Both the position numbers and the translations under genes were made by a program. Under the pieces are notes generated by a model, which was not told the origin of the DNA, made no database searches, and saw only the letters and a program-made list of their open reading frames with translations. From contig JBAZYF010000004.1 in the NCBI GenBank assembly GCA_041659505.1, positions 14,922-78,921 of the forward strand: DNA of 64,000 nucleotides, read 5' to 3'. Shown one piece after another: positions 57,862 to 64,000 of this stretch. Numbering within the stretch: position 1 is the first letter of the stretch; every line of letters begins with the position of its first letter. The stretch comes from Parcubacteria group bacterium (GTDB lineage Bacteria > Patescibacteriota > Minisyncoccia > Moranbacterales > UBA2206).

Positions 57862-59325
57862 TCAGTAATTACGCATCCAATCACTGGGGTTTAAAAGATT
57901 TGGTTTTGGCTCTGTATTTATTTCATCATGTCTCGTGGAAATACTTATGCCAGCACAATCTAATTGGACGACAAAATTAAGAAAGTTGCCATTATCGTAT
58001 TTGCTTAAAACTTGTTTTTTTGCTTCTGGGATTTTGGTAATCGAAAGGTCTATCATATAAATCATTCTACTGGGAAGTGCTGTTATGAATTCTTTTGATG
58101 GCACCTCGAATATTTCCATTGTTTTTATACCTACTTCAGCACGTTCAAAAACAATTCTCAACCAGTCTACCCGCTTATTAATCATTTCTCTTAACTGTCG
58201 CGTCTTAGGATTAACAGTGGATTCGCTACTATCGGAAAAATAGCCATTTAAAAAAGTTTGCACCCTAAATAATTCATGCAAATAACCTTGACTGAAATTA
58301 GACCAGATATTACGTCGCAACTCTTCACAATAATCATCATATTGATTATGATTTTTTTCTATTTCTGATATTCTTCCTACTACACGCTCCTGATAAGCGT
58401 CCTCCCATCTATTCATCTTAATATAATCCAAAATATCATTTCGCCCCATATTTTGTAACTCTTGAATAAGGCGCCTCGCTTCATCTTTATCCTCGGGGGC
58501 TGGCGGAATCGCTTCATACTTTTTTTTGGGCTTATCTCGATATGCCTGCTCTTTCTCTAGAATCCGAATTTTGTCTGTGACGACTCTCAATTGAGGCTTC
58601 AATTTATTACATTCATTACTTATTTCCCCAATCTTCACAGATAACTCAGAAGACGTTTGAGAAAGTTCTGCACATTTTTGTTTAAAACTATTTTCTTTTT
58701 GTTCCTCTGTGATACCCAATTCTCGTTCTTGAGCTATTGTTGTGATAAGCGGCTCTTCTTGAGTTTTGTGTGCTAATTTTATCTCGCTTAATTTATTTTC
58801 ATAGGACTGCAGTAATTTAGAATCTTCTTCTGAAAATTTTTTAAACTCAGTCAAAGATTCATCGCGTTGAGCTTTTTCTTTTTTTCTTTTCCAAAATTTG
58901 AGACGAGAAATTTTCATCGACTGAAGCTCTTCTTTTTTGCCCAAGCGCTCCTCTGTTCTAATCCTTGTTTGCTGTATTTTATTCTCGATCGCCAAAATAT
59001 CCTCTGCTTGTTTTGCTCGCAGTTGAGAAAGTTGCTCTTCCAGCTGGCTAGTATTTAAAGTATGGGACTCTCTGGATTTAGCCACTGAATCTTTCACATA
59101 ACTCCATTCTATTATAAGCCGTTGTTGTTGTTTTTCTGTTTCACGCTTCTGCTTATTAAGTGTCTCAACCTGCAGACGCATTTCTTCTATCACTGGCATA
59201 ATTTGCTTTTCCCTACCACGCAAATCATCCAGCATGCGATTTAATTCGTCTTGTGTATATTTCTCAGGAGTAAACTCTTGACTTATTTGTTCCTGAGGTT
59301 TTTGTTTTGGTTCTTTTATATCCAT
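57862..59325 (-). CDS. Hypothetical coiled-coil protein
   Basis: 487 aa with a Q/E/K-rich heptad N-terminal half; AT-rich DNA. Confidence 0.65.
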   Translation of the reverse strand: MDIKEPKQKPQEQISQEFTPEKYTQDELNRMLDDLRGREKQIMPVIEEMRLQVETLNKQKRETEKQQQRLIIEWSYVKDSVAKSRESHTLNTSQLEEQLSQLRAKQAEDILAIENKIQQTRIRTEERLGKKEELQSMKISRLKFWKRKKEKAQRDESLTEFKKFSEEDSKLLQSYENKLSEIKLAHKTQEEPLITTIAQERELGITEEQKENSFKQKCAELSQTSSELSVKIGEISNECNKLKPQLRVVTDKIRILEKEQAYRDKPKKKYEAIPPAPEDKDEARRLIQELQNMGRNDILDYIKMNRWEDAYQERVVGRISEIEKNHNQYDDYCEELRRNIWSNFSQGYLHELFRVQTFLNGYFSDSSESTVNPKTRQLREMINKRVDWLRIVFERAEVGIKTMEIFEVPSKEFITALPSRMIYMIDLSITKIPEAKKQVLSKYDNGNFLNFVVQLDCAGISISTRHDEINTEPKPNLLNPSDWMRNY

Positions 59326-59444
59326 ACTGTGTAGAATTATAAAATAAATTTTATCAACTTAAAATTTTATTAGAAAAATAGCTTCTCATTATTTCACATA
59401 GTTCCTCCTTCGAAAAAATCAAGCCAATCCTTTAATCCTGCAAA

Positions 59445-60842
59445 TCATGGTTCAGACAATTTACTAACCACCTCCCAACCATTCCCCGCACCGATAGCAA
59501 TCACCACATCGTCCGTGCCGATTTTATCTTTAAGAAATTCCACCACCTCATCAATCGTCGCAATATGCTCCGCTTTGCCACGATCATATTTATTGACCAG
59601 ATCCACCAGATCTTTTGAATGCACGCCACCTTGCGCTTCACGAGCACTGCCATAGATATCGAGAATAATCACATGATCTGCATCAGAAAAGCTTTGGGAA
59701 AACTCCGAAAGCAAGGCTTTGGTGCGCGTGAAGGTGTGGGGATGAAAAATTGCCCAAATATTTTTCTCCGGATATAGTTCGCGCGCCGCTTGGAGTGTCG
59801 CCCGAATTTCATCCGGATGATGACCATAGTCATCAATGAGCGTTGCACCGTTGCGTTCACCGATAAATTCGAATCTGCGCGCCGTCCCACGAAAAGTTTT
59901 GAGCGCCTCTTGGATTTTCTCCGCGCTAAAATTAAGCTTGTGGCAAACCGCAATTACGGCCAGCGCATTTAGCACATTATGTTTTCCAAATAATTGTATT
60001 TCAAATTTTCCCAAATTTTCTTCTCCACGCAATACCTCAAATATCTGACTCGGAAGCATCGAGACTTCTCTTTTTAATTCTAAATTAATTATCTGATAAT
60101 CACAATCGGCAGAAAAACCATAGGTCAAAACTGCACAGGTCGCTTCCTTGGCAACTTCTAGAGTAGAGGTTGCATCACCGCAAACGACCAAAAAACCAGT
60201 TTTGGGAATTCTTGCTACAAAATCCTTAAAGACTTTTTTATACGCCTCAAAATCCGGGAAAAAATCCGGGTGATCGTAATCACAACTGGTCAAAATTACG
60301 CTGTTGGGATTGTAGCGCGCTAATTTATTCTGATACTCATCCGCTTCCAATACGAAAATCTCCCCTGTTCCAGTAAGTGCGTTTCCTGCCCAATTCGTCA
60401 CGCAACTGCCAATTGCCGCTCCAGGCTCCGCACCCAATTCTTTCAATGTATTGGCGAGCCAGGCTGAAGTAGTGGTTTTTCCATGCGTCCCACAAATCGC
60501 AATCCCATAGCGCCCATTAAAAAGTTGCGCTAATATTTCCGGATAACTGATTATTGGTAATTTTCTTTTGATTATTTCCTGAACCTCCACATTATTATTT
60601 TCGTTATAGGCGCTGGAATGAATTACCAAATCAATATCGGCTGGAATATTGTCCGCCGAAAATTTTTCGAAATACTGGATCTGATTTTTCTGAAGCACCG
60701 CATCGGTGAAAAACTTTTCCGCCGTATCAGAGCCTATTACCTCAATTCCCCCGGCCTTTAGTATTTCCGCAACACCCACCACGCCAGAACCTTTGATGCC
60801 AATCACATAAACTTTTTTGATTTTTTCCAGATCGATTGCCAT
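59445..60842 (-). CDS. murC: UDP-N-acetylmuramate--L-alanine ligase
   Basis: IGIKGSG, GTHGKTTT, EADEY, DDYGHHP and PHTFTRT. Confidence 0.95.
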   Translation of the reverse strand: MAIDLEKIKKVYVIGIKGSGVVGVAEILKAGGIEVIGSDTAEKFFTDAVLQKNQIQYFEKFSADNIPADIDLVIHSSAYNENNNVEVQEIIKRKLPIISYPEILAQLFNGRYGIAICGTHGKTTTSAWLANTLKELGAEPGAAIGSCVTNWAGNALTGTGEIFVLEADEYQNKLARYNPNSVILTSCDYDHPDFFPDFEAYKKVFKDFVARIPKTGFLVVCGDATSTLEVAKEATCAVLTYGFSADCDYQIINLELKREVSMLPSQIFEVLRGEENLGKFEIQLFGKHNVLNALAVIAVCHKLNFSAEKIQEALKTFRGTARRFEFIGERNGATLIDDYGHHPDEIRATLQAARELYPEKNIWAIFHPHTFTRTKALLSEFSQSFSDADHVIILDIYGSAREAQGGVHSKDLVDLVNKYDRGKAEHIATIDEVVEFLKDKIGTDDVVIAIGAGNGWEVVSKLSEP

Positions 60843-60861
60843 ATGTTTAAAACTAAAAAAA

Positions 60862-61965
60862 TTATTCTTTGATCATTCCCAGGATCCCCTGTGCAATTTT
60901 TTCTGTCGCATCAGGATGATAGAATGTCGCAATATTCTCAGCCAGTTTCTCGCGCAATGCTTCATTCTCCATCAACTCGTCGATTTTTTCTAAGAGCATA
61001 TGCTCGCCCATATTACTTTCTTCCATCACGATACATCCACCGATTCGCGCCAAAGAATAGGCGTTCATCCGTTGATGATCGCTCGCAGATGTTTCCAGGG
61101 GAATGAGAATGGCTGGTTTTTTGTTGGCAGCAATCTCGGAAATAGTCGTTGCACTACCACGAGAAATTACCAGATCCGCCACTGCAAGAACGTCTTCAAT
61201 ATTTTCCTTGATAAAGGCGATCGGATAATAACCTTCGCGCCCCGCCTTAAAACCAAGTTCTCCCGCCATATGAACAACATTTTCAAAATCATGTTCTCCT
61301 GTTTGATGAATAATTTGATATTTGTGCAAAAGTTGAGGCAAGATCCGCAAAATTTTATCATTGATACTTTTCGCCCCTTGTGATCCGCCCGTGACAAAGA
61401 TGACTTTTTTTGACTCTGTGAGATTGAACGTTTGTCTGGCGCGATTAACATCGCCCTGCGTAATTTTTTCACTCAAAGGGTTACCCGTAAGCACCACTTG
61501 CGCCGCCGGAAAATATTTTTCCGCTTCCGGATAAGACACCGCCACGCGATCGGAAAATTTTCCCAACATTGAGTTGGCCAATCCCGGATTGGAATCTGAC
61601 TCGTGGATCATAATCGGGATACGATAAAGCCAACCGACGACGACGACCGGAAAAGAAGCATAGCCGCCTTTGGAAAAAATCGCGTCCGGCATCAAAACCA
61701 ACAAAAGCCACATTGATTTTAATATTCCAAAAGGAATCTTAAAAAAATCGGTCACATTCTGGAAAGAAAAATAACGGCGCAATTTTCCCGCCTGGATATT
61801 GCGGATCGGGATATTTTCCCGCCCCATAATTTCATCTTCCAACTTGCCCTTCGGACCGATGAAATAGAATTCCACCTCCGGCACAATTTCTCTGATTTTC
61901 TTGGCCACCGCTATGAGCGGAGTCAGATGTCCGCCAGTCCCCCCTCCGGTAAGTACGATACGCAT
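60862..61965 (-). CDS. murG: MurG glycosyltransferase
   Basis: MRIVLTGGGTGGH, KGGY, HESD and GGSQGA. Confidence 0.95.
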   Translation of the reverse strand: MRIVLTGGGTGGHLTPLIAVAKKIREIVPEVEFYFIGPKGKLEDEIMGRENIPIRNIQAGKLRRYFSFQNVTDFFKIPFGILKSMWLLLVLMPDAIFSKGGYASFPVVVVGWLYRIPIMIHESDSNPGLANSMLGKFSDRVAVSYPEAEKYFPAAQVVLTGNPLSEKITQGDVNRARQTFNLTESKKVIFVTGGSQGAKSINDKILRILPQLLHKYQIIHQTGEHDFENVVHMAGELGFKAGREGYYPIAFIKENIEDVLAVADLVISRGSATTISEIAANKKPAILIPLETSASDHQRMNAYSLARIGGCIVMEESNMGEHMLLEKIDELMENEALREKLAENIATFYHPDATEKIAQGILGMIKE

Positions 61966-61987
61966 AAATTTCGTATTTGATAAAAAA

Positions 61988-63088
61988 TTAATTATTACCA
62001 ATTTGCTTGGAAATATTCAAAAGCACGCCGATTCCTGCCATCAGAAAAACGAGCGACGTTCCACCATAGCTAATGAAGGGCAATGGAATGCCGGTGAGCG
62101 GGATGAGGCCGGAAATGGCGGAGATGTTGATGAAGGCCTGAAAAACAATCCAGGAAGTGATGCCGACGGCAGCTAATTGCGAAAAGCGATCTGGGGCATT
62201 TTGTGCTATGCGAAAACCGATCATCGCCAACGCTAAAAATAAAATAACTATAACAACCACGCCGATCAAGCCCAATTCCTCACCGATAATCGCAAAGATC
62301 GAATCACCAACCGGTTCCGGCAGATAATTAAATTTTTGCATGCTATGGCCCAGACCCACGCCAAAAATTCCACCCGAACCAATCGCCAGAAGCGCCTGAT
62401 TGATCTGATAGCCGATCCCGCGCGGATCAAGTTCAGGATGGAGAAATACTAAGAACCGATCCATCCGATAGGACTCAAATTTGATGAGCAGTCCCAAGGC
62501 GGCAAAACCGGAAATTGCTATTAGTGCCATATGAGACAGCCTCGCGCCAGAAATGAAAAAAATCGACATGGCAATAAAAATAATCACGCCAAGCGTTCCC
62601 ATATCTGGCTGTTTTTCCAAAAGAAAACTAACCACCGCTACCACTGCTAGAAACGGCAAAAGTCCCTCATAGAAATCCTTCACTTTTTCCGCCCGGCTTT
62701 CCAGCCAGGCCGCCAGATAAATAATAATCGACAATTTCAACATTTCTGAAGGCTGGAAAGAAAACGGACCGAGTTGCAACCAACGACTGGCTCCGTAGAC
62801 CCGAGAACCGACACCTGGCACGAAAACGAGAATAAGCAGAAAAATGCTTAAGATAAACAAGGGAAAGGCAATTTTTTTCCAAAAATTATAGTTGATTTTT
62901 TGCACTGCATAGAGAACTAGGAGTCCCGGCAAAACTCCATAGAATAATTGATGCTTGAAAAAATAGTAGGAATCGCCAAACCGACTATGCGAATAAGCGA
63001 TGCCCGCCGATGCGATCATCGCCAAACCAAAAGTGAGCAGTGTCAGAACGACAAATAATAAATTTTTGTTTATTGTTTTTCCCGCCAT
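61988..63088 (-). CDS. ftsW: Cell division SEDS protein FtsW
   Basis: GASRW, QPSE, QPDMGT and TGIPLPFISYGGTS; adjacent to murG. Confidence 0.92.
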   Translation of the reverse strand: MAGKTINKNLLFVVLTLLTFGLAMIASAGIAYSHSRFGDSYYFFKHQLFYGVLPGLLVLYAVQKINYNFWKKIAFPLFILSIFLLILVFVPGVGSRVYGASRWLQLGPFSFQPSEMLKLSIIIYLAAWLESRAEKVKDFYEGLLPFLAVVAVVSFLLEKQPDMGTLGVIIFIAMSIFFISGARLSHMALIAISGFAALGLLIKFESYRMDRFLVFLHPELDPRGIGYQINQALLAIGSGGIFGVGLGHSMQKFNYLPEPVGDSIFAIIGEELGLIGVVVIVILFLALAMIGFRIAQNAPDRFSQLAAVGITSWIVFQAFINISAISGLIPLTGIPLPFISYGGTSLVFLMAGIGVLLNISKQIGNN

Positions 63089-63750
63089 TTTTTTATCTCA
63101 TTATGATTTCCGCTGAGTAGCACTTCTGGCACTTGCCAGCCATTAAAATTTTCCGGCTTGCTGTATTGTGGATGCTCTTTATAGTTTTTTTCTTTATGCG
63201 ATTCATGCTTCGCACTTTCCGCGTTTCCTAAAACTCCCGGCAAGAGCCGCGTCACCGAATCCACAAGTACCATAGCCGGAAGCTCCCCACCTGTAAGAAC
63301 ATAATCACCGATCGAAATCTCTTCATCGGCAATTTGCTCTGCCACCCGCTCGTCCACACCCTCATAGCGCCCGCAGATCAAAATTAGATTGGCATATTTT
63401 GAGAGTCGCTCCGCCGTCCGTTGGGTATATTTTTTGCCTTTGGCAGAAAATAAAATTGTTCTGGTTTCCGCCCTAGGCGGACCCGCCTTGGGCGGGTTTT
63501 CTTCCCTGCTTTTTGCAATCAGCTTTTTCACAGCTTCCACGCAAGCATAAATCGGCTGAACTTGTAGCACCATCCCTGCTCCTCCGCCATAAGGCGTATC
63601 ATCAACTTTTCCATGCTTATCGGTCGTGTGATCCCGCAAATTATGCGCGGTAACTTCGATCGCCCCACTTTTTTGGGCACGACCAATAATTGACTCTTTG
63701 AGATAGGAGTCGAAAATAGACGAAAAAATTGTAACAATATGAAATTGCAT
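63070..63750 (-). CDS. trmD: tRNA (guanine-N1)-methyltransferase
   Basis: VDDTPYGGGAGM, CGRYEGVDER and SIGDYVLTGGE. Confidence 0.95.
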   Translation of the reverse strand: MQFHIVTIFSSIFDSYLKESIIGRAQKSGAIEVTAHNLRDHTTDKHGKVDDTPYGGGAGMVLQVQPIYACVEAVKKLIAKSREENPPKAGPPRAETRTILFSAKGKKYTQRTAERLSKYANLILICGRYEGVDERVAEQIADEEISIGDYVLTGGELPAMVLVDSVTRLLPGVLGNAESAKHESHKEKNYKEHPQYSKPENFNGWQVPEVLLSGNHNEIKKWREKQ

Positions 63751-63844
63751 AATAATCTAATCATAGCAAAATAAATCAAAAAAGGCTAACTTTCGTCAGC
63801 CTTGAATTTTGTTTGCTATAATACACATTATACCTAAAAAAACT

Positions 63845-63887
63845 AAAAAGGCCTCTGGGGAAAATTCTTCCCCGAAGGCCTTTTTTT
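63845..63887. terminator. Terminator hairpin
   Basis: aaaaaggcct-ctggggaa...ttccccg-aaggcctttttt. Confidence 0.65.
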
Positions 63888-63892
63888 GAAAC

Positions 63893-64000
63893 TTATCTTA
63901 GCCCTGCAGTTTTCTGCAGGGCGTGAACGACCTCTGCAATGCCGATTTTTTTGTCGCCGTTGACGTCGCCACTGACGTCTACGGAAACGCTTTTCCCTGC
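63893..64000 (-). CDS. C-terminal fragment of a protein ending in a dockerin/EF-hand-like motif (truncated by the window edge)
   Basis: Translates as AGKSVSVDVSGDVNGDKKIGIAEVVHALQKTAGLR*. Confidence 0.6.
   Translation of the reverse strand, partial: AGKSVSVDVSGDVNGDKKIGIAEVVHALQKTAGLR

Noticed and set aside
1914-63779. Numerous short ORFs antisense to or nested in the annotated genes
   Set aside because: They are shadow frames of well-supported genes and carry no recognisable motifs.

Overview
Gene-dense bacterial chromosome segment, almost all on the minus strand. Gene content suggests a CPR/Patescibacteria genome (inference): short ProRS, archaeal-type non-discriminating AspRS, split ComEC, short SMC and heptamer-repeat spacers. 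Housekeeping blocks are tRNA-Glu, smc, rnc-nusB-rpmF, comEC, nrdR-nrdD-nrdG, two CsoR-family regulons (RND efflux; copper ATPase), mraY-dac-scpBA, aspS, proS, hpf, murB, murC-murG-ftsW and trmD. Four things stand out. (1) An 11-kb tandem array of seven secreted beta-helix-like proteins with divergent cores but a shared signal peptide, a shared C-terminal tag (DTxxPxxPSGLxV) and conserved DNA junctions, i.e. a cassette-like surface-protein system. (2) A stand-alone 86-aa copy of the NrdD glycyl-radical domain between intact nrdD and nrdG, a candidate GrcA-like spare part for class III RNR. (3) Many 15-36 bp palindromes inserted in frame into core genes, into a tRNA fragment and into REP elements, in a window that also encodes a RAYT-like transposase. 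(4) Five covarying 135-180 bp hairpin elements in intergenic spacers. An ApbE/ferric-reductase module, a leader-peptide attenuator and a def gene with an internal TGA were also seen. All product calls come from motif recognition by eye; no database searches were run.
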